From Chrysomallon squamiferum (lineage: Eukaryota; Animalia; Mollusca), in assembly GCA_012295275.1 (NCBI GenBank), contig CM022670.1:16988001-17052000 (forward strand): DNA of 64,000 bases, read 5' to 3'. The notes below the pieces were generated by a model that was not told the origin of the DNA, made no database searches, and was given only the letters and a program-made list of their open reading frames with translations. Made by a program: the position numbers and the translations under genes. This document shows, piece by piece, positions 48,445 through 64,000 of the stretch; positions within the stretch are counted from its first letter, which is position 1; each line of letters begins with the position of its first letter.

Positions 48445-49954
48445 AGCAACAACAATAATCTAGTGTACAAACGTATTCAAAGGAAAAACGGTTACTAAGA
48501 AAAAAAATGTCTCAATGAGAGATTTTTCTCCTTTTTTCAGTCATAGTAAAAATGTAATAACGAAATGACCTATGCTGCATGTTCTCCTGTTTCTCCAAAT
48601 ATCATAATAATGTTGAAAGAAAGGTTCTAATCTGGTGATTGTTGCTTCAGGCGTAGACTTTGTTTTTCATATGTAGACGTAATTAACCCTAACACAGGTG
48701 TTAGAATACTAAATAAATGAAACGTCTAGAGCGTGCTTTCAAAAAATAATTTGAATTCGTCAACATGTATAATCTAATATCACCTGATATATTTATTCAT
48801 CGGCTCGGATTTTATTTAGTCAACAAGTTTGTCATGGTTAGTAGAAACCTACGTTTCCATACATGTTTTTCGTAAATATTGGATTGTGACGTATTTTTTT
48901 CAATTTTTAAAGAGTATTTGCAGTTCTTGTTTTCTTGTATTAAAGAACATAATAAAGACGGAGTTACCTACAAAAACGGATTTAGACATCCGAAAAACAA
49001 GCAAACATTCATAACCATAGTGTGAAGAACTCTCACAAAAATAATTCCAGTTACTATAATGTTTTAACCCATTTTAAAATGAAACTCGCTTCTTAATGTT
49101 TTCGCCACGTCAGAGCCTCGTTATGTCAAAATCCAGCATCAGTTACAAATATGAAATAACAAACAACATTTTAAAACCAACTGAATTATATTTTACCAGT
49201 TTAGAAACAATACGTCGATACATCAGCGTCACTGACCGAAGTATTAAAATAAAAGGTTTAAAAAAATGATTAACATTTTACACTTGTTTTTGTTGTTGTT
49301 GTTGTTGTTTTTAAATTCAATTACTGATGCAGATACCACGATGCTGTCGAAAGATATTATAAATCAAATACGTTGACACTTGTTTCAATTCAACATTTCA
49401 TCATGAAGCCTTAATATACCAGATTAACTAATAATTTGTTGAACGTTCATGCATATTTTCGAATTTGTTATACCGTTTAACCCTCTTTTTTTTTTTAAAT
49501 TCAATTATGTTTGTTAACGTATGTGCATAAATTAATTCAGTTTCAAAACATTAACAAGAAAGACTCTTAAATGTGGTGTGTCTGTGTTCGTAAGTTAATA
49601 GGTTGGCAAACTGAATGCGCCTAACTAACAGAAAAAGTAAAACTGTTAGTACGAATACAAACATTTGAAACAAAAACGATTTAAGTCTACCACTATTTCA
49701 GTAAATCAAATTAAAAGTGATAATCAGTATTGTGGTGACACCTACTTGTATATCTATCTACACATTGACCTCTTTCTTAAAACAGTTTACTAGGTACAAA
49801 GGTGAAACGTTTAATACAACTGATTTAACAAAACTGTTTTAAATTCTGTATATACTAACGACGTATTAGTTAAGTTTTAACATAGTATACAGTATATACT
49901 AATGATGTATTAGTCAAACTGAAACGTCCAGATCTTCACTGCAACAGAAACTTC

Positions 49955-50252
49955 TCAGAGTCGAGTTCCTTCCTCCTGGTAACTTGGATTCACACGCCCA
50001 GCCACACCATTCATTTCTTCCTGCATAGAAGGATAAAGTTTTTTCAGTTGATGGTTTTCTCCTTTCTGCTCCATGATGGTGTCATAATCTTCTGGAATCG
50101 CTGAAATGTACGCTTCATCATTGGCTATTTCTTCGTCAGTGTCGGGTATGTTCGCAAATGTATTTCGGAAAAGGTGATTCAAAATACCAGCACCAATCGA
50201 ATCGCCCATAACATTTACTGCAGTTCGGAATCGGTCGCTGAAAATATTAATC

Positions 50253-50310
<58 letters not shown>

Positions 50311-50854
50311 TAACAGTAACAACAACAAAACTATTTTATTTATTTTATTAGTATCTGTATTTCATTTTTAAGTTTTTAATCTTCAAAGTTTTGTTTGAAG
50401 TAATTTTCATTATCATTTATATTTTATTTTATTTTATTTCATTAACTTAAATTACCTACATATTTTAGTCTATATATATATATATATTTTTTTTGGTATT
50501 AACATTTGAACTATGTAATTTTTGCCATAAAACACAACAAAATTTAATCTATTCACACTGATTATATACAGCTACTGCTACTACGGCTACTACTACTATT
50601 ATTACTACAACTATTGCTACTGTTACTACTGCTGCTATTACTGCTGCTACTGCTACTATAACTACTACTACTACCATTACTGCTAATAATAATAATAATA
50701 ATAATAATATACGAACAGGAACCAATCTATTGCCAGAATCAAGGTGACGTCATCAGTTGGAAGACCAACGGCAGTTAACACAATTACCATGGTGACCAGA
50801 CCCGCTTGCGGTACCCCAGCTGCTCCTATGGCGGCTGCAGTGGCAGTTATACTA

Positions 50855-50901
<47 letters not shown>

Positions 50902-51144
50902 TAATAATAATAATAACAACAAAAACAAACGCACAACGTTCGATAATGGGTTAATATTAATTAGATCGAATATTTCTGACTCTGTAAATTAAATGTTCAT
51001 ACAAATATATTATTGAATACATATACAATGAAGTTTTTTATTTATTTATTTATTTATTTACAATTAATTAGCCACCATTTTAGGACATTTTCGATTTAAA
51101 ACTCTTCAGGCTTGCTACAGTTCACTTACGGTTTTGAAATAAGG

Positions 51145-51223
<79 letters not shown>

Positions 51224-51874
51224 AGTCGACATTATGAACCCTCTTATCATTTGCAGCTGACGAGAAGAAAAACAAAAATCTATTTCAGATTCGCCAGAAC
51301 TTGGAAACTAAATAGTGCTTAACTTAAAAAAACAAAAAACAAAAAAAACAAACAAAAAAAACAAACAAATATACATATTTGTTTAAAATGTGTGTGACTG
51401 TGTGTGAACAAGTGAATGAATGTTATTTTTTGTTGTTGTTGTTGTTGTTTTTTCAGTACCTCACAACAATAACGTCAGCGACTCCGAGTTCTTTGTCGTT
51501 GTACTGAGCTATAAAAATGGCGGCCACAGCTTCATACAGAGCCGTGCCGTCCATGTTGATGGTGGCACCTATGGGCGCGACAAACCGCGCGATGTTGCGG
51601 TGAACGTGGTTCTTGTTAACCAGACAGTCCATTGTAACGGGCAGAGTGGCGGAGCTGAAAACACAAGACAAGGATTAAAGAGATGTAATACGCTCACAAG
51701 AAAGCCTGTTGCTTTCAGTGCCGGCAAATACAGAAAGTTCATTCATTCGAAATTCTGCGTTACAGCGTTCTGCGTTGTATGTACGATATTCTTTGTCACA
51801 TATCATACAAAATATATAAAAATTTTCATTACCATATCGTTATAACTGTTTATATAATAGAATTAAAAGTTCAT

Positions 51875-51950
<76 letters not shown>

Positions 51951-51965
51951 ACACACACACACACT

Positions 51966-52004
<39 letters not shown>

Positions 52005-52415
52005 GAGATTCCTGTAAACAAGATGTTATTTTACAATACCTGGAAGCTGTGCCCCAGGCTGTCAGTATAGCCTTCAGCATTCTGAAAAGAAACAAGTACG
52101 GGTTCTTTCTGGTAGCAACGAAATAAATCAGAGGCAAAACGATGCCGCCGTGGAATGAGGAGTCCAGACAACACGGTGATGCTGTAGAACCCTAGCTGCT
52201 CTATGACAGTCACTGGGTCACTCATCTCAGCAAACTTCTTAGCAATGAGAAACATGATGCCGATTGGAGAATACCTGAACAGAATTTTAATATACTTTTT
52301 ACTTATAAAAAAAAAAAATTGTAATCAATGACAACCGATATATGATTTATCAATCGTCATAATGAACCTGTTAACTAATTTTTATTGGCAAGCAATTTAT
52401 TGTTGCTGTTTAGAA

Positions 52416-52474
<59 letters not shown>

Positions 52475-54755
52475 TAACAATAACAATAATAATAATGGTA
52501 GTAATAATGATAATGATAATAAAAAGTCTTTATTACTGTTGAGCAACAACAGTAATAATAATAAATAATAACAACAATAATAACAATAACAACAACTTAG
52601 GTTTACTCACACAGATAATAATCTCGTCACAGACAATAATTGGCTGAACTTAACACTAGGTTCTGCTGCCCGTGTAACTAACAAAACGTTAAATCAGCCT
52701 CCGCCCACCAGGTTATTAACGTTAAATTCAACCGCGCTCATCATGTAGCTTAATTCCCACTCACCATATCACCAGTGTTATGAGAACCATTGTTGCTGCA
52801 TTGAGTGACTCGAAGAAATATCGTAGTGGCCGTCCGGCCTTGCCCAAGTGGTTGATGACGCATCCCAGAGCTATCGAGAAGACGATTAGACCAAGAACAT
52901 TGGTTCCATCTTTCGTTAGCAGTTTCGGGCTGTCTTGGAGTACGCCTGGAACAGAAAGGTTTCTAGACAAAGGTAATTATATTGTCTTTCATTGTGCTTA
53001 AATTATATATTTTTAGAAAGATTTAGTTAGTGTATTAACAGAGGTTTTTAAGCATATCCGCCTTTATGTTTGTACACAATGATACTCATATACGTTCGCA
53101 TGCAAGAAAACAAACATAGCAACATATATACAACGGACAAGGACAAAGACAGGGACAGACAGAATGAAAGAAAGAAATATGTACACGAGTATAATATATA
53201 ATCAGCTATCTACCTAACATACATATGTGTGTATGTATTTATATGTGTTTTGTTTGTATGTGTGTGTATGTGCATAGAGAAAGAGAGAGAGAGATTAACA
53301 TACAAACACATTCACACATATACAAGCATTCATAGGCAACAAAACAAAACAAGCACATACCCATACATACTTATGCACGTATGTACGAACATAAAAACAT
53401 GCATATACATACATACTGACAAAAAATATACTCACATACATACATACATAAATATACACATACATATATAAATATACACATAACTACCTAACTAATACAA
53501 ATAATTAATTACCTGTGGGATTTTCATCCGACGTCACATTTAACGTTCTTGGGTCTGTTTCCAGCTAAAAGAGGATCATTTTAAAATGATAGAACATTGT
53601 ATACATTGTTAATAATGGGAGTCAGTTATTTACTGTGAGAAGACTCCCATTAAAATCTTGCTTAAGACATCAAGTCATTATGATTATCTCCTTATTTAAG
53701 CTAACAGAATTTTAAAAGATGTTTTCATGGTAAAATTTGCTGATGGTTTTTTTCTTCTTCATATTTTGTTGTTATGTGTAGTTATAGCTATTTAAAAAGC
53801 TTCATTCATATTACTAATACATAATTTATTAATGCGGAATGACAGCTGAAAAAAATTACTCATAAAACACAAATGTGGCAGCTGTGTATGTTAAATGGAA
53901 GTCCTGGTTAAACACTATGAAGTAAGAGGAGATGTCGTGCAAAAGACAAAACACCAAACACACACAAAAACAAAAAACACCAAAAACAAAAACACCCCCT
54001 CACAACATCATTCTGTTGTTGAAAAGCAAACAAACAAACAAACAAACAAACAAACAAGCAAGCAAGCAAACAAAACAACAAAGCAAAACAATAATATAAT
54101 TAAACCTTAATTTTTATATGGATATGTGTGTAAACTTGATATTATAATTACATTTACGTGCATGCATTGTTGGGTTATATATGTAAACCAGATAACTTCC
54201 TACCTTTTCAAAACATGCAGTAACGATGTTTTGTGGAAAACAGTTTCTGAAAATAATAATAATAACAACAACAACTATAATAATAATGATGATAATAACA
54301 ATAGCAATAATAATAATAACAACAACAACAACTATACTATCGTTAATCCAATCTATCAATCTATTATTATTATTATCATTAAACAGCAATTCTACATTTA
54401 TCAAAAAATATTATTTTCTTCGTTTCCTTAATGCATGAATGTTTAGATATACCCACGTTCAAAATACTTTTTGTATAAAATTATATATATATACATTCAT
54501 ACATACATACATACATATACATATACATACACGCATACGCACACACACATACATACATATATAAATGGCTACCTAACAAATGCAAATTATATACATAAAT
54601 AAACATGACACTCACAAGCATACAGTGCTGATATATTTATTTATTCACCAAACTTTTGAAGTGAGACTTGAAAGAGACAAGTTCGGGTCAGGACGTAAGT
54701 GTAAACACACTAAATCACAAAGTACCCGGATGTCTCGTTAGTGGGACATCCAATC

Positions 54756-54786
<31 letters not shown>

Positions 54787-56404
54787 TATTTATTTGTTGA
54801 TCTAGTGGAATGGCTTAAATATGTAATAACTAAAACGATGGAAATGATTTTACTACTTATATATTATTTTAAATATCCGAATAATTGAATTATCAAAACA
54901 GCTCTAGTTGGAATGTGAAATAGACCGTTTTAGATCTTGCACGTGTCTCGTTCAGTTTAAGGTCCTGGTTTAACCAAGAAATAGTTGCTGAACATTTTTG
55001 TTTCCCTTTAAACTGTATAATTTTTAAAAAGAGATTCCCTGCAGTTTGCGACAACAGATTATTTATTGTCATTCACACATGCACACACTTTTAACACAGC
55101 CTAAAATAAATCAGTGGACGTACTGAAACGAAATGATTCTTCGACATATTATTTTGCAAAGGCAAATGCTCTAATCATACGGCTGCAGCCAGTTCTGCGT
55201 TTTCCGCGAACAAAGAGGCAAAGAAATATGGGTTATTTAGTTTCGCTTAGTTCTTGAAAACTGTGCTGGTGTGCAGTCATTTCGTGTAGGTTTATCTTAC
55301 GTTTTATGTTCAGCTAACTTTTATCGAAAGAAATACTTCATTTATCTCACCATGTCATCAGAAAGTCTCTATTATTGCTCAGTCTTTATTGCTGTCAGTT
55401 TGAAAACAGATTCGTGCTGGATTAGTTCATGCAACCATGATATGACAAACACGCAACTGCTGCTTTAAAAGGCACGAAATTAGAAAATAGTTGTGGAAAA
55501 AACAAGTGTTAATTGTCATTGATGTGTCTCATGCAGTTTTCAGGGCTGACCTGCGAATATGCAAAAAGAGTCGAGATAATAAAAGCAGAGACACACATAC
55601 ATGCAAACCCACACACCTATATATATGAAAAGCTTTCTTGCAAAAGTGGTTATATGTATCACTTATCACTTTGAAAGAAAATGCAGAATAACTGAAAAGA
55701 CTTTTTTTACTGTCAGAAAAATTCATCGCTCCTTCACATTTGGATATCAGTGACTTTACAGCTAATTAGGTTTTCCACATGAAGCAATTGTTAATCGCCA
55801 TCAATCAGCTAGCAAAAATGGATCGGAGCCTTTCTGCAAGTAGGCTCTGTGTATATGAATTAGTAAGAATTAACTGTACAACAGCCATGTTTTTTTTTAG
55901 TCTGATTTTAATATGAAAACTTATCACTTCCAGCTTTAAAAACTAGTTACCAAAAAAAAAAAAAAAATAGAGGGCTTTATCTTGTAAATATATTTTAAAA
56001 ATTTACCCCATTGTTCGTATCATCGAAAATATTTTTCAGAATATGACTATTGATAGTAATAAATAGAAATACATCTTTTTTTTTTCTTTTTTTTTTGGCC
56101 TTATTCTTTTACAGTCACCCAAGGAACGAAATCTAATCTTCTGTTTGTAAAGATTGTTAAGACGATGTATTATTTATGTTGGTTCGGTTGAGGAAACAGT
56201 AAAAGAAATCTGCACAAAGCTTGGTATTTGTTTATTAGGTGGTCCTGCGTTATGAGAGCCACGCAGAAACTCACTGAGAGAGGAATTGTACTAGAGAACA
56301 ACTAGCTGTGTAACCTTCCTCTGTACCACTGTTCCAAGATGGCGTTTGTTTATTTATTTACTTATTTATTTATCATTTATTTATTAATTTATTATTATTA
56401 TTAC

Positions 56405-56452
<48 letters not shown>

Positions 56453-57355
56453 TTTACTATTATTATTGTTGTTGTTGTTGTTGTTAAAGTTGATGTTGCT
56501 GTTGTTGTTTCTCAAATTCAGTGTTAGATTAACTGTTTTGAAGAATCTAATATCATTTTCCTTACGTTGGCTAATCCGACGTTTTATTATATGTTTATTG
56601 TCGCTGTTTTGTTATTCTCATTATTATTCATAATTACTCATTGCATATTTTAACATATTTTACTACATCAATTATTAGGTCAAATATATGTCTTCTTTTG
56701 TTGGGTTTATATATATTTATATGTATATATATAAATGTATATATGTATGTATATGCATATGTATATGTAAATGTTTATGTTTATGTATGTGTATGTGTTT
56801 TTATGTATATGTATGTGTATGTGTATGTGTGTATGTGTGTGTGTGTGTGTGTGTGTATTACAAAAGATAAACCCGATGGCTTTATTTTCAGTTTATTTTT
56901 ATAAAATATAAGTAAAAGATCTTTCCTAAAGAAGTATTTCGTACAATATAAAACTACATCACTTCGACAGCATTACGACTGGAACGAATATGGCGGGATT
57001 TGTGTCAATAAACTTTAACTACCGTCCAGAGCAAAGTTACACCTGTGAATATGACATTCAAATAAACAATGACTGAAGACACATTATACCTCAGTTCATA
57101 ATGCACATCGCGTGATTAACAAAACTGTCCTACTTTTATTTTACAGCAAGTCATCCTGTGTAACAAGGGTTAAAATGACCCGATCGGTAAAAAAAAAAAA
57201 AATTTAAAAATAAAAATTCTTTAAATATTTATATATCCAAGTGAGTTATTTTTATTAATTCATTTAATTTATTTTATTTTATTTTATTTTATTTTATTTT
57301 ATTTTATTTTTTTTTATTTATTTTTTATTTTTTTATTTTGTTTTTATTATAATTT

Positions 57356-57386
<31 letters not shown>

Positions 57387-58466
57387 CGTTGTTCAACCCT
57401 TCTTAATAATAATAATAATAATATAACACGCTGAAAGTGCCCAGTGATGAATAAAGATAACTATTTTTGACTACTTAAAGAGAAAAAAATGTCTGCTTGA
57501 CTTATTTACAGATAATACAACTGAACAAATAAATAATTAATCAAAGCTGACATTTCTTTCAGATAGTTTCCTTCTTATCATATTTTAAAGCTAGTGTACT
57601 CGCTTTTATGCATTGCCATGCAGAGAATTAGTACAAAAGAAATGCTTGTTGAACCTATATAATAATAGTGACACACACACAAAAAAAAAACACACACACA
57701 CAATAACAACCCTCAAAAAACAAAAAATAACCTAAAACAACAAAAAAATATACATACATACGTACAACACATACAGACCCCCATATATACAAGTATAGAA
57801 ACATATGCACACATATATACATATATACATACATACATATACATACATATACAAAACAAACACTTTTATACATATACATAGCTACACACATACACACAAG
57901 GACACTCTTATACATACAGACACACACACACACACACAAGCAAACATTCTTATATATATACATAGATACATACATATAATTATTAGTGTTAACGGCACTT
58001 ACCTAATCAGATCAAGTAAAGCGTAAAGCGGTTTGACGTTTTTCGAACTTCCAGATTTTTTGATGTTTTTATCGCCTCGGTTTCCAGGCTGAATTGTCAG
58101 AACCAAGATGATTCCAATGATGACGGCAACCAACGTCGTCGTCAAGTAGTAGAGGATGGCTCCGGCTCCCAGTTTCCCCGATGCTTTGCCGGGGATGGAG
58201 GAGACGGCGGAAATAATGCTGGAAACAACAAGCGGAAGTATCAGACATTTGAGCATGCTCAGAAGCAGCTGGCCGGGAAACTCCAAGAAGAAGAGTTTGT
58301 CACTGTCTTCTGGTAGTTTCCAGATGTTCCTCAGTCCAAACCCCAGTCCCACACCAACTGCGACAGCGACTATCAGCAGAATAATGATCAAGTTGTCTAA
58401 CAAGATGGCTTTCGTTCTTTGCGACCGAGTCATCCTTTCCTCTGGAAGTGCTGCTGGTTTGTCCAT
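49955..58466 (-). CDS. SLC1-family excitatory amino acid (glutamate/aspartate) transporter, ~528 aa; one apparent 1-nt insertion
   Basis: Exons: 58466-58003, 54246-54204, 53564-53513, 52945-52765, 52274-52040, 51654-51460, 50851-50717, 50237-49955. Hallmark motifs: [88 protein letters not shown] (the Arg is typical of acidic-substrate EAATs). C-terminal -TRL. An extra base at about 52152-52155 breaks [14 protein letters not shown]. Confidence 0.94.
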
Positions 58467-58541
58467 GGCTGCACTCAGATGTGTTCAGTCTGCAAGGAAG
58501 AAAGCTCTGTCTCTTTAGAACGGTTAATTCAATATGATCTT

Positions 58542-60769
<2,228 letters not shown>

Positions 60770-61856
60770 AAATGTTTATCGCTTTAATACCTACAAACAA
60801 AAATACATGATATAATAACACATACGTTTTTTATCATATAAACATTACATCAGCTCACTTTTTAAAAACAGGATATCCTAGAATAATTTTATATCATTTT
60901 CCTAAAACCTTATTTCTGCTCTTTTATCAGTTATATATTTAAATATAATAACAAAACAAGCTTTTCCCTTTCAGAATGGCGTATGAATCACAAGAAGTAA
61001 TATTTGTGTAAAAACAAAAAGTCATTAATATTTCATAGCGGATATTTCACAACAGTTTACAAATATCCTGTTTCAGACTGAGCAGTTTATTTATTGATTT
61101 ATTGATTTATTGATTTATATACAGATTTTCTTATTTATTCACTTACTTATTTTCAAATGAAAAATCCATTCGCTTATTTAAAAACGCAGAACAGTTAATA
61201 AATCTTACTAAAATTACATAAAAAGATCTTGTCTTCGTAACGTAATAATTCAACTGTTGAAATTTGAATATATGATTTTTTTTTTTTTTTTTAATTAACA
61301 TATCTGTCAAATGCCAGTTAAATAACAGATCCTGTCAACGCTGTCGTATCTCTGCGAACACCACCTTCACGTCGTGCGCAGTTACGTAACTGTCGTGTCC
61401 AACGTAAACACGGTGTAGGTATAGTCACAGACGTTCAGTTTGACCTAAATGTTGTGTGTGTGTGTGTGTGTCTGTCTGTCTGTCTAACTATCTACATATG
61501 TGTGAGTTCATGTGTATACAGTTATGATTACAGTAACAGCACGCATAAATACATCTCAAACATGCATCTTGATATTAGTTTGTTGTTAGGTGGTGGTGGT
61601 TGGTGGGTTTTTTTTTTTTTTCTGTTTACATTTTAGCAATATGGTTACTTACATTTTACAAAAGTGAACGGTTTTAAACGAAATTCCTTTAAAGTGTGTT
61701 TAGGTTTATATTTATAAGAGTATTTCTGTCTTTTTATCTGTACACAAATGTTTAACGAAAAAGTAACGGCTTTTAGATATCTCTATATCATTGTATGTAA
61801 ACAGTACTACACATAAATATACAGTTAAGAAATATATCCCCCCAAAAAACAACAAA

Positions 61857-62050
61857 ACTTACCCGAAATTTCCTATTTAACACAAACGAAAGAAATTTTC
61901 TAATATTTTCCTCTCTGTGCTTTCGCCTGCTTGATGATACAAGTAAATAATAGCGGATCTTGACTTAATTCCTTAGCTGTGTTCTCCTGCATGCTTGACC
62001 AATCAGGTTTCGTTATGCTTCAGTAATTTCACCGGGCACAGGTATTTAAA
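61857..62050 (-). promoter_or_regulatory. Possible non-coding first exon / promoter of the EAAT gene
   Basis: Minus-strand donor CGG|GTAAGT with the exon ending at 61863. The first coding exon has an acceptor (TTCCTTGCAG) about 24 nt upstream of the ATG, so an upstream UTR exon is expected. Confidence 0.35.
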
Positions 62051-64000
62051 GGTGTGTGTATATATACATTTAATTGTTTTTGTTTCTTTCCTTTACTGAC
62101 AGGTATGTAATATACTTTGACTAATTTGTCTGTTGTAATATTTATGTGTTTAAAGTGTTTCTGATATTATATAAAAATAAAAAATAATAATAAAATAAAA
62201 AAACAACAACAAAACATCTTATATACATTAATTTCTTATTTGTCTTTGGTGTTCAGTCTTTGCTAACAAAAATGTATACCAGTACAAACTGTTATAACCA
62301 AATGTTATTGTAGTGGCTGTTTTGTCACTTTGGAGCTGTACTGGTGACGTCGTCGTGTACGGAACAATAAAAAAAAATATATTTTCTGGAGACTATTTGC
62401 ACAGCACTCTTTGCGAATGAAAACATGTGGAAATATAAAACATGTTGAGGTAAAAACAAAAAAAAACTATTAAAAAACCCCACCACAAACCAACATAGAT
62501 GGATTCAAAAAGAAAGAAAAGAACAAATATATTTTTTACTAAAACCGAATAGAGAGGAAAAGAAACACAGAGGACAGAAATGGCATCACAATTAAGGCAC
62601 TGCACGTTGAAATGACGTTAAATATGGTACTCACTGGCTTATCTATCAGATATCGTTTGACTGACTACACAGGATCAGCTATTGCCATACATCACAGCAA
62701 ACCAAAGTTAAGTAATAGTTATCACTATTAGCCGTGAATCACTATTAGCGCATAAGTGGTTTGTGACTGCTTCATTTGCCCTCCGATTCAGGTTACCTGT
62801 TGCTGAACCTGCTAAAAATATAGGCCATCGATATCGCGCTATTAAAATGGGCGTATCTGATATGGATAAGCTCTGATTAGTCTCTGTGGAATAAATCGTG
62901 TAGGGTTAGGCACAGTGAGTCGCTGATCCAAGGGGTCAGCAGTTGGACGATGGCATCTTTCTGTGTCGTATCAATGTTAATACTGTACGGACACCGCAGC
63001 CTGTTTTGTTAACATCTTCGATCGAGATACTGTATTTTTTTTTAATTCACTCTTGCGTCATAATATTTCTCCACATCGGGGTCTGCCACAAACTACTTGA
63101 CAAAATAATATTAAATTAACTTACAAACGTATGTTTGTACCGATGGCACATGGATCGTAATACATTTATGTTATTTTATGTATATATATGCGTGAGTTTT
63201 AAGCTAATTAGACTGTATTTGTATATTTATACACATACTTGTGTAGGTAACCATTTATCTATCCATCTGTCTGAGTGTGTGTATATGCATGCAGTAATGT
63301 ACGTATGTATGTCAGATGATTTTTTTTATACAAGCTGGGACGCATATAAATATTACCACATTGACTGTGAAATATATGTTAATGATCGTAGGGCAAGCAG
63401 GCGTGAAGATATTTCAATTCATCAGAACGTTCATAAAGAGAAAACAACACAATTATAAATGATTTAAAAATATTTATATATGTAAACTATTTTAATATTA
63501 TTTCTTTACAAGTGATATATAATATAATTATATATATATATATATATTTTAATTCGTATATACATCTTGAATAATAGTAAAACATTCCTGAAAGTAAAAT
63601 ATATAAAAAAAAGTAGGAAAAAAAAAAAAAAAAAGGATTTGTCTGTTTTCCCACACCTAATATATTTTACTTATATCAGACAGGTTTTCAAAAGTTCATT
63701 TTTACCAGCTTATAAAATTATGCTACATACATTATGGTAATAATTAAATTTGTAAAAAGGACGATTTCTAAAAATAAAATAATAAAATCAATAAGAATGA
63801 AAGAAAAGTGTAATACGTTATTTAAAACATAATTTAAAACATAATTTTTTAAAGTTAAAAAAAGACCAAAGAAAATTAAAAAAACCCCAGTTATTAATAT
63901 AATCGTTTTGTGATGCAAACATATGTGTATTTACGTGATCACGACAATCGAGAAACAAACAATAAATAATTGAAAATTCATTTCCAGAATTGTTTAGTCA

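Overview
AT-rich, microsatellite-dense animal genomic DNA with GT-AG introns; gene content and repeat style suggest a mollusc, possibly a cephalopod (inference). I reconstructed four spliced genes by hand. (1) The 3' half of an LDL-receptor-family gene (VLDLR/lipophorin-receptor-like, +, 538-6679). (2) A secreted F-type plus C-type chimeric lectin (-, 14725-11756). (3) A giant gene of about 23 exons and about 4,500 aa (+, 17176-45704), the highlight of the window. Its order is: putative ubiquitin-like domain, ankyrin repeats with a duplicated CxxC..HxC motif, about 6 copies of an unrecognised alpha/beta domain, more ankyrins, ZU5-ZU5(HFS)-UPA, and two death-fold domains. This looks like a PIDD-like self-cleaving sensor/adaptor. 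(4) An SLC1/EAAT glutamate transporter (-, 58466-49955). The giant gene has six 1-nt frame breaks and two in-frame stops. Single-base indels also break the lectin and EAAT genes, so assembly error is the leading explanation for the indels, but the two stops need checking. Also seen: an intron-spanning tandem duplication that created a chimeric exon, three minisatellites built from 3' splice-site sequence, and two copies of a Tigger/pogo-like MITE. Domain names come from motif recognition, not database searches.
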